Positions 8,541-17,437 of a stretch of 64,000 nt of DNA are shown here, piece after piece. Position 1 is the stretch's first letter. Each line of letters opens with the position of its first letter. Both the position numbers and the translations under genes were made by a program. The notes under the pieces are model-generated. The model saw only the letters and a program-made list of their open reading frames with translations. It was not told the DNA's origin and ran no database searches. This stretch comes from an uncultured Actinomycetes bacterium (GTDB lineage: Bacteria > Actinomycetota > Actinomycetes > Streptosporangiales > Streptosporangiaceae): assembly GCA_963786975.1 (NCBI GenBank), contig CAWBBE010000005.1:17826-81825 (forward strand), in the 5' to 3' direction.

Positions 8541-10214
8541 TCATGGCCTGCTCATTTTCGCTGCGGACATCTGCCCGGGTTTGGATCCCAGCGCAGCTGG
8601 CGGGCTCGGCTGGGTGCCGGGGAGCCGGCGAGGCAGGACGAGGAAGGCAAACACGGCTCCGAGGGCGACGACACCGGCACAGACCAGCGAGCCCCGGCTG
8701 AGGCCGGCGACGAACGCCCGGTCCGCTGCGTCGATGATCACCGCGTGGGTGCTCGCCGGAGCCCGCCCCGCGACCTGGAGGGCAGCCGCCGGTGACTGCC
8801 GTGCGACGGCGAGCGCTGGCGCCGGCAAGCCCGCACCGTGCAGCAGCTGGGCCAGACGCGGGCCGTAGACCGAGGAGAACACGGCCCCGACCACCGCCAC
8901 CCCGAAGGTTCCGCCGAGCTCACGGGTGACGTCGTTGACCGCCGAGCCGACCCCCGCCTTGCCCAGCGGGAGCACCGCGAGGATGGCACCGGTCGACGGC
9001 GCGGTGACCAGGCCGAGTCCGACCGCCATCAACACCATGGAGACCAGGACCGGGCCGAAATACGCGCTGTCATTGCCGAGGGTCGAGGCGACGAGGAAGC
9101 CGGCGCCCATCAGGATCAGGCCAGCCGGGACCACGATCTTGGTGCCCAGGCGGCGGGCGAAAACCGGAGCGGCCGGCGCGGCCGTACCGACGCCGAGGGC
9201 GAAGGGGAGCGTGCGCAGACCGGCCGACAGGGGGCTATAGCCGTGGACGAGCTGGAAGTACTGGGTGATCAAGAAGATGAAGCCGAACAGGCCGAAGAAC
9301 GCGACGGTGATCGAGAAGCTGGCGGCGCTGAAGCGGATGTTGCGGAACAAGGTGATGTCGAGCATCGGCTCGCCGACCCGGCGCTCCCAGACCGCGAAGA
9401 CCGCCAGCAGGGCGACGCCCGCGCCGTAGCCGGCCATGGTGACCGGGGCCAGCCAGCCACGGGCCGGCGCCTCGATCGTCGTGTAGACGACTGCCGCCAC
9501 CCCGGTGATCGACAGGACGAAGCCGACCAGATCCAGCCGCGGGGCTGCGGGGTCGCGGCTGGTCGGCACGAGCCACGCGCCGAGCGCCAGGGCCAGCACG
9601 GCGATGGGGATGGTCGCGAAGAAGACCGAACTCCAGGAGAAGTGCTCGAGCAGCAGGCCGCCGGTGATCGGGCCGAGCGCCACGCCGAGGCCGGTGATCC
9701 CGGTCCACACGCCGACCGCCGCTGCTCTCTCCTTGGCGTCGGTGAAGGTGTTGGTGAGGATGGCCAAAGTTGCCGGGAAGATCAGGGCCGCGGCCGCGCC
9801 CATCAGGCAGCGGGCCACGATCAGCACGTGCGTGCTGCCAGAAAGCCCGGCAAAGGCCGAGAACCCGGCGAAGGCCACCAGCCCGACCTGCAGGGCGCCC
9901 TTACGCCCGTACCGGTCGCCCAGGCTCCCCCCCACCAGCAGCAGCGACGCGAAGACGAGCGAGTAAGCATCGACGATCCACTGCAGGTCGCTGGTCGTCG
10001 CGTGGAGCTGCCTGCTGATCGAGGGCAGGGCGACGTTGACAATCGTGTTGTCGACGAGCGCGAGGAAAACGCTCAGGCACAGCACGGCGAGTATCGCCCA
10101 CCGCCGGGCATGCACCCGGTCAGCGCCGGCTGGCGTTGCCCGTCCTCGCAACCAGGCCCCCGGCCGGCCGCTCCGGCCAGGGACGACCACAGGGGACGCG
10201 TTCAAACCGGACAT
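8541..10214 (-). CDS. MFS transporter, 14-TMS drug:H+ antiporter (DHA2/EmrB-QacA-like)
   Basis: ORF 8541..10217. LVDNTIVNVALPSI, GSLGDRYGRK and many hydrophobic spans. ATG 10214 overlaps the upstream stop (TGATG). Confidence 0.9.
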   Translation of the reverse strand: MSGLNASPVVVPGRSGRPGAWLRGRATPAGADRVHARRWAILAVLCLSVFLALVDNTIVNVALPSISRQLHATTSDLQWIVDAYSLVFASLLLVGGSLGDRYGRKGALQVGLVAFAGFSAFAGLSGSTHVLIVARCLMGAAAALIFPATLAILTNTFTDAKERAAAVGVWTGITGLGVALGPITGGLLLEHFSWSSVFFATIPIAVLALALGAWLVPTSRDPAAPRLDLVGFVLSITGVAAVVYTTIEAPARGWLAPVTMAGYGAGVALLAVFAVWERRVGEPMLDITLFRNIRFSAASFSITVAFFGLFGFIFLITQYFQLVHGYSPLSAGLRTLPFALGVGTAAPAAPVFARRLGTKIVVPAGLILMGAGFLVASTLGNDSAYFGPVLVSMVLMAVGLGLVTAPSTGAILAVLPLGKAGVGSAVNDVTRELGGTFGVAVVGAVFSSVYGPRLAQLLHGAGLPAPALAVARQSPAAALQVAGRAPASTHAVIIDAADRAFVAGLSRGSLVCAGVVALGAVFAFLVLPRRLPGTQPSPPAALGSKPGQMSAAKMSRP

Positions 10215-10555
10215 CACGTGCGCCCTTCAACAAGCCCGTAGGTGAAGTAGATGCGGCTGGCCGTGACGGCGGCATACGGCAGGTCGGCCCGGGAAACGGG
10301 GCGGCCGGCCTGGTCGTCATGGGTGACGCGGATCTGCGTTGCGGCGAGGACGCCGAGGGCCGCCCCTGCCGCCAGCCCGGCGATCTCCAGGAGCAGGCCG
10401 CGTCCGGAGGAAGCGGCTCCCTTGAAGAAGAACGGGATGATGATGGCCGCGGCGATGACCGGGCGTAGCAACCGATTCGGGGTGATCTTGCGGCGGCCGA
10501 GGTCGGCGGCCAGCACCAGGGCCAGGATGACGAGGTTGAGAATCCAGACGCTCAC
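10214..10555 (-). CDS. Small integral membrane protein
   Basis: C-terminal 114 aa of ORF 10214..10906 from GTG 10555 ([23 protein letters not shown]...). Three or four hydrophobic helices. Stop overlaps the MFS start. Confidence 0.55.
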   Translation of the reverse strand: MSVWILNLVILALVLAADLGRRKITPNRLLRPVIAAAIIIPFFFKGAASSGRGLLLEIAGLAAGAALGVLAATQIRVTHDDQAGRPVSRADLPYAAVTASRIYFTYGLVEGRT

Positions 10556-10636
10556 GTCAGCAAGTCTTGGACTGCACCGGCCGGCGCGGCTAGTGCGGCG
10601 GGCACGAGGTCGGCGTGGTGTTTGCACTGAGGGTGG

Positions 10637-10649
10637 GTGCAGAGTGCAT
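10637..10649. promoter_or_regulatory. GTGCAGAGTGCAT dyad motif upstream of the sensor kinase
   Basis: 12/13 identical to the reverse complement of 13258-13270 (GTGCAGACTGCAT). Confidence 0.4.
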
Positions 10650-10715
10650 GCCGGCGCCCGGGAGTGCCCGCTGGCTGGCTTGCCGGGCAGATCGGAGCGG
10701 GTCATAGTGGTGCGC

Positions 10716-12770
10716 ATGACCGGGACCAGCGCAGCCGCCGGGACAGGCGGCAACGCATCCCGCCGGGCGAGCGCGATCACCGTCGCGGTCCTGTGCGCCC
10801 TGCTGGTCGCGAAGCTGGCTGGCGCCTTCGCCTCGGACCAAGGTGGCCAGGCGCCATTCATCGTGGCGTTATTCGTCCTGCCGTTGTTGTATGCCGTCCC
10901 CGGCACCCGGCCGCTGCTGGGCCGCTACACCTGGCAGTTGCTGGCCGTGCAGGGCGTGCTGACCTTTGTTCCGTTCGCCCTCTTCGGCGGGCAGTGGGCG
11001 CAGGGCGTGGCGGGCCTGCTGGCTGGTCTGGTGCTGCTGACGCTTCCGGGGCGGCTGTCGTGGCCGCTGGCTGGCTTGCTGCTGGTGGCCGATGTCGCGG
11101 TACGGGCGGGCCTCGTCGGCCTGCCCTGGGCGCCCGCCTGGTCGGGAGCCCTGTGGGTGGTCGTCGTTTTCGTGGACGACGGCCTGGTTCTTTTCGGGCT
11201 GGTCCGGCTGTCCGATCTTGTCGCGGAGCTGCAGTCAGCGCGCGGGCGGTTCGCCGATCTTGCGGTCGCCAGCGAGCGCCTGCAGGCCGCCGAGCACCTG
11301 CAGGCCGCGGTTGGCGAGCGCCTGGCCGGCGTCGCGGCGATGACAGCGGCGGCACAGCAGGCCTGGCCGGGTAACCCGGCGGGGGCGCGGGCGCAGACGG
11401 AGGCGGCGGGCGTGGCCGCCAGGGACGCGGTCGCGCGGGCCCGGGCGGTGACCGCGGACCGCCGCACGACACCCGGCCCAGAGCCACTGGCTGCGGCGAC
11501 CGGAGCGGACATCGCCCCGCGGTTGGCGTGGGCCATCCTGGTCGTGAACTTGTGCGGGTTCGGGTTGGGGACCGCGAATAACATCTATCTCGCGCACCTT
11601 GACCCGGGGGACGCCGCCGCGCTGCTCGCCAGCGTTGCCGCATGCGTGGCACTGCAGCTGTATCACTCCCGGCCCGCGCTGGAAGGCCGCCCGCCTCGGG
11701 CATGGCCGCTGACGCTGGCCGTTCAGACGGTGCTGGTCTACCTTCCCTTTGTTCTGCTCCGAGGCTATGTCATCAGCCTGGTCGGGTTTGCCGCCGGCTC
11801 ATTCCTGCTGCTTGTTCCCGGCCGGTGGCGGTGGGCCGGGTACGCGGCAGTGGTGGCCAGCTGGTCAGCGTTATATGCCACGGTGCCTCAGACCGGCCAG
11901 CCGCCGCAACAAGGATGGGCCGACGTACTGTACGTCACGGCAGTCACCGCGGGAGTCGGCCTGATGGTGTACGGGCTGTCCTGGCTGGCCGGGACGGCGC
12001 GCCAGCTGGAGGCGCTGCGTGGTGAGCTGGCCAGGATGGCGGTGCTGGCCGAACGGCTGCGCGTGGCGCGGGACGTCCACGACCTGCTCGGCCTGGGCCT
12101 GTCCGCGATCGCGCTGAAGGCCGATCTGATCGGGCGGCTGATCGGCCGGGACGACGCCCGGGCAGCAGCCGAGATCGCGGAGATGGGGCGGATCTGCGCC
12201 CATGCTCGCGCGGACATCCGGCTGGTCACCGAAGCTGGCGGGGATATGCCGCTGGATGCCGAGCTTGCCGCCGCCCGGGAGATCCTTGCCTCAGCGGGCG
12301 TGAACGTCCGCGCCGATATCGGCACCGGGCCGCTGCCGACCGTGGCGGACGCGGTGCTGGCGCCGGTGCTGCGCGAGGCAGTGACCAACATCCTGCGCCA
12401 TTCCGCCGCGACCGCCTGCACGATCGAGGCGACGACCGCAGACGGCGCGCTGCGGCTGCATGTCAGCAACGACGGCGTGCCCGACCAGGCAGCCGCCGGC
12501 GACTACGCAGCCTGGCGGGCCGCCGACGGTGGTACCGGCAGCGGCCTGGCTAATCTGACCGCCCGGGTGCGCACTGCGGGCGGGCGGCTGACCGTCAGCC
12601 AGGCCGGCGGCCGGTTCGACCTCAGCGCGGAGATCCCGCTGCCCCGTCCTCCCGGCCCTGGCCCGGCTGCCGAGCTTGCCCCAGGTCCCCCTCCGGCTGG
12701 CACGCCGGGCCGGCCAGCCGCGAGTCGACGACCTGTTCGCCCCGGGCCACCGCCCGCACCGCGCCGATAA
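10716..12770 (+). CDS. Sensor histidine kinase (HisKA_3/NarX-DesK type) with duplicated membrane-sensor + DHp module
   Basis: ORF 10251..12770 trimmed to ATG 10716. C-terminal half has [18 protein letters not shown] (H-box), [11 protein letters not shown] (N-box) and GSGLANL (G-box). The N-terminal half parallels it ([17 protein letters not shown] vs [17 protein letters not shown]) but reads [17 protein letters not shown] at the H-box. Confidence 0.8.
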   Translation: MTGTSAAAGTGGNASRRASAITVAVLCALLVAKLAGAFASDQGGQAPFIVALFVLPLLYAVPGTRPLLGRYTWQLLAVQGVLTFVPFALFGGQWAQGVAGLLAGLVLLTLPGRLSWPLAGLLLVADVAVRAGLVGLPWAPAWSGALWVVVVFVDDGLVLFGLVRLSDLVAELQSARGRFADLAVASERLQAAEHLQAAVGERLAGVAAMTAAAQQAWPGNPAGARAQTEAAGVAARDAVARARAVTADRRTTPGPEPLAAATGADIAPRLAWAILVVNLCGFGLGTANNIYLAHLDPGDAAALLASVAACVALQLYHSRPALEGRPPRAWPLTLAVQTVLVYLPFVLLRGYVISLVGFAAGSFLLLVPGRWRWAGYAAVVASWSALYATVPQTGQPPQQGWADVLYVTAVTAGVGLMVYGLSWLAGTARQLEALRGELARMAVLAERLRVARDVHDLLGLGLSAIALKADLIGRLIGRDDARAAAEIAEMGRICAHARADIRLVTEAGGDMPLDAELAAAREILASAGVNVRADIGTGPLPTVADAVLAPVLREAVTNILRHSAATACTIEATTADGALRLHVSNDGVPDQAAAGDYAAWRAADGGTGSGLANLTARVRTAGGRLTVSQAGGRFDLSAEIPLPRPPGPGPAAELAPGPPPAGTPGRPAASRRPVRPGPPPAPRR

Positions 12771-13101
12771 GCTCGTTCGCCGGCTTGTCCTTGAGCAGGA
12801 ACCCGCACGCCCCAGCGCGCATGGCCGCGCCCAGGTGACCGGAGAAGTCCAGCCCGGTCAAGATCAGCACCCGGCAGCCGGGCAGCCAGACGGCCAGCTC
12901 AGCCGCGGCGGTCAGCCCGTCGGTGCCGGGCAAGCCGATGTCCAGCAGCGCCACGTCCGGGCGGTGCTCCAGCGCGGCGGGCACGATCTGGTCACCGGAC
13001 GCCACCGCGACGGCCACCTCGATGTCCGACTCCAGGCCCAGCAGCGCAACCAGCGTGTCCCGCGCCACGCGGACGTCCTCGGCGACCAGGACGCGGATCA
13101 C
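12622..13101 (-). CDS. Response-regulator receiver domain protein lacking the LuxR-type HTH (probable truncation)
   Basis: From GTG 13101: VIRVLVAEDVRVARDTLVALLGL...LLDIGLPGTDG...FLLKD...VVDSRLA. It then has a 29-aa non-homologous tail that is antisense to the kinase 3' end. Paralogue of 13322..13927. Confidence 0.6.
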   Translation of the reverse strand: MIRVLVAEDVRVARDTLVALLGLESDIEVAVAVASGDQIVPAALEHRPDVALLDIGLPGTDGLTAAAELAVWLPGCRVLILTGLDFSGHLGAAMRAGACGFLLKDKPANELIGAVRAVARGEQVVDSRLAGPACQPEGDLGQARQPGQGREDGAAGSPR

Positions 13102-13234
13102 CGGGCGCCCCGCACCGCCCCGCGTCCGGGCCGGGCGCGACGGGCAGGTGACGCCGTATTCTGCATGCCGCCCATGTCCCCAGTTTCGGCCGCCGGGCAG
13201 CCGTCGCGTAACGTGCACCCGGCACGACACCCGC

Positions 13235-13270
13235 ATGCAGACTGCACCACGCCGGCCATGCAGTCTGCAC
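13235..13270. promoter_or_regulatory. Pair of 13-nt dyad motifs ATGCAG(A/T)CTGCAC, 23 nt apart
   Basis: 13235-13247 ATGCAGACTGCAC and 13258-13270 ATGCAGTCTGCAC are exact reverse complements of each other. They lie between the two response-regulator genes. Confidence 0.45.
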
Positions 13271-13321
13271 ATGTGCTGTCCAGAGCCCCTCATGGCCAGC
13301 CGACGGCAGCCGCGGCGCCGG

Positions 13322-13927
13322 TCACATCCAGCCGGCCTCCGCGGCGATCCGCACCGCGTCCACCCGGTTGCGCGCGCCGAGCTTGGTGACCGCCGAGGCC
13401 AGGTAGTTACGCACCGTGCCATATGACAGGTGCAGCGCAGCAGCGATCTCGGCCGGCCCGGACCCTGCCGCGAACTGCCTCAGCACGTCAGCCTCGCGCA
13501 GTGACAGCGGATTCTCGGCAACCTCCAGCGCCCTCAGGGCCAGTTGCGGGTCGATTACCCGCTCGCCTGCGGCGACCCGCCGGACCGCATCCACCAGCTC
13601 CCCGGACGGCGTGTCTTTAGGCAGGAAGCCCGAGACGTGCGCCGCCAGCGCCCGGCGCAGTTCCCCGGGCCTGCTCAGCACCGTCAAGATCAGCACGCTG
13701 CACTGCGGGCATTGCTCATGCAGCACCGCCGCGGCGGTCAGCCCGTCAGCGCCGGGCAGGTCAATATCCACCACCGCCACATCCGGGCGGTCCGCCACCA
13801 CCGCCGGCACGATCGCCTGGCCATCTGCCACCTGGGCGACCACGTCGATGTCGTCTTCCAGATTCAGCACCGCTACCAGCGTGTCACGCAGAATCCGCAT
13901 GTCCTCAGCCACCAGAACGCGGATCAC
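13322..13927 (-). CDS. NarL/LuxR-family response regulator
   Basis: ORF 13322..13963. Likely GTG start at 13927 after GGGAGGG. REC domain (VAVVDIDLPGADG, FLPKD) plus LuxR HTH (LSLREADVLRQFAAGSGPAEIAAALHLSYGTVRNYL). Confidence 0.9.
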   Translation of the reverse strand: MIRVLVAEDMRILRDTLVAVLNLEDDIDVVAQVADGQAIVPAVVADRPDVAVVDIDLPGADGLTAAAVLHEQCPQCSVLILTVLSRPGELRRALAAHVSGFLPKDTPSGELVDAVRRVAAGERVIDPQLALRALEVAENPLSLREADVLRQFAAGSGPAEIAAALHLSYGTVRNYLASAVTKLGARNRVDAVRIAAEAGWM

Positions 13928-13990
13928 ATTCCCTCCCGAGCCGGGCGGACGGCGCGCAGCCACCGAGTGCAGACCCTATCGCAGCACCCA

Positions 13991-14224
13991 TCACACGCCC
14001 TTAGCACGATGCTCGGGGCAGGGGGCCAAAGCCGCCAGCCCGGCACACTCGATCTCCTCGGCGGTCATGCCTGCCTGCCCGGCGAGTTCGGCGACGGTGA
14101 GACCCAGGGCGTGGCGCTGGTCATAGGCGGCCTTGCCGAAGGCCAGGGCCTCGCGGATGGCGATCCGCTCCGGATCCTCGCCCTGCTCCTGCGGACGGAT
14201 CCAGCGGGTGTGGTAGCCGGTCAT
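13991..14224 (-). CDS. XRE-type helix-turn-helix protein (antitoxin-like)
   Basis: ORF 13991..14227 with GAGAGG SD. LGLTVAELAGQAGMTAEEI fits an XRE HTH. No partner toxin ORF seen. Confidence 0.55.
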   Translation of the reverse strand: MTGYHTRWIRPQEQGEDPERIAIREALAFGKAAYDQRHALGLTVAELAGQAGMTAEEIECAGLAALAPCPEHRAKGV

Positions 14225-14456
14225 CACACCTGCCTCTCGCAGGTCTCAACTGCTGGCCCGCGATGGTCGCGCTCGCACGCCTTCTGCGCGCGGGGTGCGC
14301 GCCCAGCTGGTGCCTCGGGTGGGCATAGCACAGCCTCTGCCGCCGCCCGGATCCCACGCGGACGTGAAAGGAGATCGAACGCTAACTCGTAGTAACGTCG
14401 GCCGCGGGCCCCGTCGCCAAGCGGGGTGTGAGATCTCAGCCAGCGGAGGTGCCCGG

Positions 14457-14921
14457 ATGGCCGAGCTCCCGTCGCCCCCAGAGGGAATTGTGCTGACCCA
14501 CTTCATCGTCTCGGACGATGTCGAGCGCTCTCGGCGCTTCTACACCGAAGTACTCGGTGGCAGGGTGGCCTTCCCCGGGGATCCAGTCAATGTTGCGCTA
14601 GCCAACAGCTGGATCGTCATCAATGTCGGCGGAGGCCCGACCGACGACAAGCCGACGGTCATCCTGGAGACGCCACGCGATCCCGACCGGGTCAGCAGCT
14701 TCCTCAATATCCGGGTTAAAGACATCGAGGCCGTGTACGCCGAATGGAGCGCCCGGGGTGCTCAATTCCTGACGCCGCCGAAACAGCACCAGTACGAGAA
14801 GCGTTGCTACATCCGCGATCCCGACGGTCATCTGATCGAGGTGGGGCAAACCACGGACCCGGAGGGTGACTGGTCGCCCGCTCACTGGCCGTCGAGTACG
14901 CCCGCCGAGGAGTCCGAGTGA
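14457..14921 (+). CDS. VOC / glyoxalase-family protein
   Basis: ORF 14295..14921 trimmed to ATG 14457 (GGAGG 8 nt upstream). LTHFIVSDDVERSRRFYTEVLGG and CYIRDPDGHLIEV. Confidence 0.8.
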   Translation: MAELPSPPEGIVLTHFIVSDDVERSRRFYTEVLGGRVAFPGDPVNVALANSWIVINVGGGPTDDKPTVILETPRDPDRVSSFLNIRVKDIEAVYAEWSARGAQFLTPPKQHQYEKRCYIRDPDGHLIEVGQTTDPEGDWSPAHWPSSTPAEESE

Positions 14922-15023
14922 ATGCCGGGATTGGCCCATCGCTCGTGCTTCGCGGCGGAACCAGCTGACCAGGGACCGGGCCAGGGCCCATCGCGTGCGC
15001 ATGTGCGCGATACCACCACCACC

Positions 15024-15308
15024 GACATGCTCGGCAGCGCCGCCGCGCTGGACAGCGCCGTGCCCGCGCTGCCCGCCCACGACCTGGATATGTTGGCGGG
15101 CGTGACCGCCGGGCTCATCGAAAGCTGGCTCACCACCGGGCGGGAACGCCAGCTGGCCCGCTACGAGCTGTCGCTAGAGGCGACCCGCCGTCCCGAGCTC
15201 CGGCAGACCCTGGTGACCAACGGCGCCGCGATCAGGGCCGTGGTCGCTGACCTCTTCGCCGCCGCGGGTGTCCGTGAACCCCACCAGCGGCAACCCTGGC
15301 TGGGGTGA
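15024..15308 (+). pseudogene. TetR-family C-terminal domain fragment (no HTH)
   Basis: LDMLAGVTAGLIESWLTTGRERQLARYELSLEATRRPELRQTL resembles TetR_C ligand domains. No N-terminal DNA-binding part. Confidence 0.4.
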
Positions 15309-15342
15309 TCCGCCGCTGGAGGACGAGGTGCGGAGGACAGGC

Positions 15343-15627
15343 GAGGGCTGGGGACTGGTCAGCGACCCCGGCAGCTTGTTCGGCCCGACGATCGTGCGGT
15401 GGTACCCGGCTGTTCAGTGGTTCGACGGGGACGGCTTCGCCGATCTCCTCCGCACCACGTCGCTATGCCGGCGGCTTGACAGCGACGTCCGCGAGCCCTT
15501 GCTAAACGCGATCGCCGAGCGCATCCGCACGCGGATGGGCGACCGGGCAGCACGCCGCTACCTGAGCGTCCTTCGTATACTCGTAAGATCCGCGCTCAGC
15601 CGGGTAGCTGAAGGCCCGCACCGGTGA
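15343..15627 (+). pseudogene. C-terminal fragment of a SAM-dependent methyltransferase-like gene
   Basis: IVRWYPAVQWFDGDGFADLLRTTSLCRRLDSDVREPLLNAIAERIRTRMGDRAARRYLSVL matches remembered C-termini of class I methyltransferases. The catalytic N-terminal part is absent. Confidence 0.4.
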
Positions 15628-15797
15628 CCTGACCTGCCAGGTCAGAAACGGGACTCGGCCGGGCGCTCCGGCCAGCCACCGCCTGCTGGAGCCGCTGCCC
15701 GGCATCCGGTTTATGCGCCCGCGGTATGGCCCTCGGCCACGATATCCGCGGCCTGCTCCCCTGCAGTCTCGTGGTTCAACCCGGACCATGAGTTAGG

Positions 15798-16175
15798 TTG
15801 CAGGACGACATGACGGAGATAGCTGATCTGCCAGCCGTTGCCGGGGCGGCTGCTGCCGCCCTGGCGGGCTATGCCGATCTGGACTGGCAGCAGGTGCCAG
15901 CTGCCGGCCTGCAGTGGAGTTGCTGGCAGACCGCGTTGCACATGGTTGATTGTCTTTACTTCTACGCGATGCAGGTCGTCTACGGCCAGCCGGACGGATA
16001 CCTGTGCACCGAGCTTGCCCTCGACGGCAGCGCCTCGCCGCCGCGGCTGCTGGCCGCGCTGAGCGCGGATGCCGAGCTGCTGCACCGCATCGCACGGTCC
16101 GCTGACCCGGACCTGCGCGCGCATCACAACTATGGTGTCTCGGACGCAGCGGAGTTCGCCGCGATGGGCGTCGTC
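15798..16175 (+). pseudogene. DinB/mycothiol-maleylpyruvate-isomerase N-terminal-like gene, 3'-truncated
   Basis: LQWSCWQTALHMVDCLYFYA and AHHNYGVSDAAEFAAMGVV look DinB_2-like. The sequence becomes Arg-rich nonsense after residue 126. Confidence 0.45.
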
Positions 16176-16212
16176 CGGCGGCGGAATACACCCAATAAGC
16201 GGGAGGGCCAGG

Positions 16213-16587
16213 TCAGCGACCTTCGGTGTACTCGCTGCGGTCCAGCTGCACGAGGTTGGCGTAGTCGCTGCCCGCTGGCTCTGCGACGTCGGTGTACTGG
16301 CTGCCGTCCAGCCGCACGACGCGGAAGCTGCCCGCAGAGAGCAGCTTGCGCAGGTGCCGCATCCCGCTCATGCCCGCGAGCGCGACAGCTCCGGCGGCGG
16401 CGAGGACCGAGCCGCCGAACAGCGCGAGCCCGCCGGCGACGTATCCCAGCATCATCATGACCACGGCGGCCAGCAGGGCCACCGGCACGGCCGCCACCAG
16501 CAGCAGCGCGAGCAGCGTTACGGCGATCATGGCCCTGGCCGGCCTGTCCTTCGTCCGCTCCGCGTACCAACCGGTCATCATGCTCAC
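16213..16587 (-). CDS. Membrane protein, hypothetical
   Basis: ORF 16213..16587. Very high third-position GC and two long hydrophobic helices followed by a soluble tail. Confidence 0.6.
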   Translation of the reverse strand: MSMMTGWYAERTKDRPARAMIAVTLLALLLVAAVPVALLAAVVMMMLGYVAGGLALFGGSVLAAAGAVALAGMSGMRHLRKLLSAGSFRVVRLDGSQYTDVAEPAGSDYANLVQLDRSEYTEGR

Positions 16588-16710
16588 CTCTCAAGGCCCG
16601 GAGCCGTCCAGGGCCCAAGCCTCACGATATGTCGCGTCTAGTATTCTCAACGCGCCTTTCGATCAGAATCATCCCGCAACCGTCCGGCGCGCTGACCGCG
16701 GTGACGCGGC

Positions 16711-17343
16711 CTAGGACGCGAACCCGTTGAACTCGCGGCCGCGCTCTCGCGCCGACCGGGCCAGCGGCCGACCGGAACGGCTCAGCGCCGCGATCGCGCC
16801 CTGGTAGCCGGCCGCCAGGAGCAGCGCCCCGGGCAGCACGCCGCCCATGGTGGCGACCACGGCGCTGGAGGCGCCCAGGCCCGCGGCGGCCAGCCCGGCC
16901 AGGCCGCACACGGCGATGGCCGCGCCGAGCCAGCGGAACAAGGACACCCGCCAGAGCGCGGCCAGGGCGAAGAAATGCACCCCGACCACGACCGAGACCC
17001 AGGCCACCACGGCGCGGGGCCGGTCGAGCGGGCCGTTCAGCAGGGCGATGCCGGCCGCGATGGCGGCCACCTCGGCTGCGAACACCAGCCAGTACCAGGG
17101 CCCGAAGCCGCCGCGTGCCGCGCCGCGGGCCGGAGCGCCCGGCTCCCGCCTGGCCGCGAGCAGCGCCACCAGCCCGGCGAACGCCACCCCGCCCGCGATC
17201 CTCAGGGCTGCCGCGGCCGGCCCGGCCAGGGCGCCGGCGTTCACCTCCACGTAGATCAGCCCGAACCCGCCGCCGATCAGCGAGCCGAGCCGCTGCCCGG
17301 GCTCAGTAGCACCCGGGCCAGGGTCTGCCGCCGCATGCTCCAT
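16711..17343 (-). CDS. Integral membrane protein, hypothetical
   Basis: ORF 16711..17343. About six hydrophobic segments. Divergent from the TetR gene across an AT-rich spacer. Confidence 0.7.
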   Translation of the reverse strand: MEHAAADPGPGATEPGQRLGSLIGGGFGLIYVEVNAGALAGPAAAALRIAGGVAFAGLVALLAARREPGAPARGAARGGFGPWYWLVFAAEVAAIAAGIALLNGPLDRPRAVVAWVSVVVGVHFFALAALWRVSLFRWLGAAIAVCGLAGLAAAGLGASSAVVATMGGVLPGALLLAAGYQGAIAALSRSGRPLARSARERGREFNGFAS

Positions 17344-17437
17344 GCGACTTACTATACGCTATTCGTTAGAGTCTACTAAGATGAATTTGACGAGCACGAT
17401 ATTGACAAGCCATGAGCCTGGAGCAGGGAGGAGCGCG

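Noticed and set aside
8838-10241. 467-aa plus-strand ORF.
   Set aside because: It is antisense to the MFS transporter. Similar long antisense ORFs occur at 18253..19671, 21028..22212, 27084..28250, 28311..29603, 33053..34201, 54819..56066, 57339..58382 and 60640..62283. All are Arg/Gly/Pro/Asp-rich and low in complexity, as expected for shadow frames in high-GC DNA. Each lies opposite an ORF with clear family motifs, and none has a recognisable domain.
10251-10715. N-terminal 155-codon extension of the kinase ORF.
   Set aside because: It is antisense to the small membrane-protein gene and has Arg-rich, non-membrane composition. The kinase-like sequence begins at ATG 10716. The 24792..25058 extension of the SARP ORF was rejected for analogous reasons.
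13991-14456. A toxin-antitoxin pair built around the XRE-type HTH gene.
   Set aside because: No plausible toxin ORF lies upstream or downstream on the same strand. The only overlapping ORF (14121..14357, minus strand) is an Arg-rich shadow frame.
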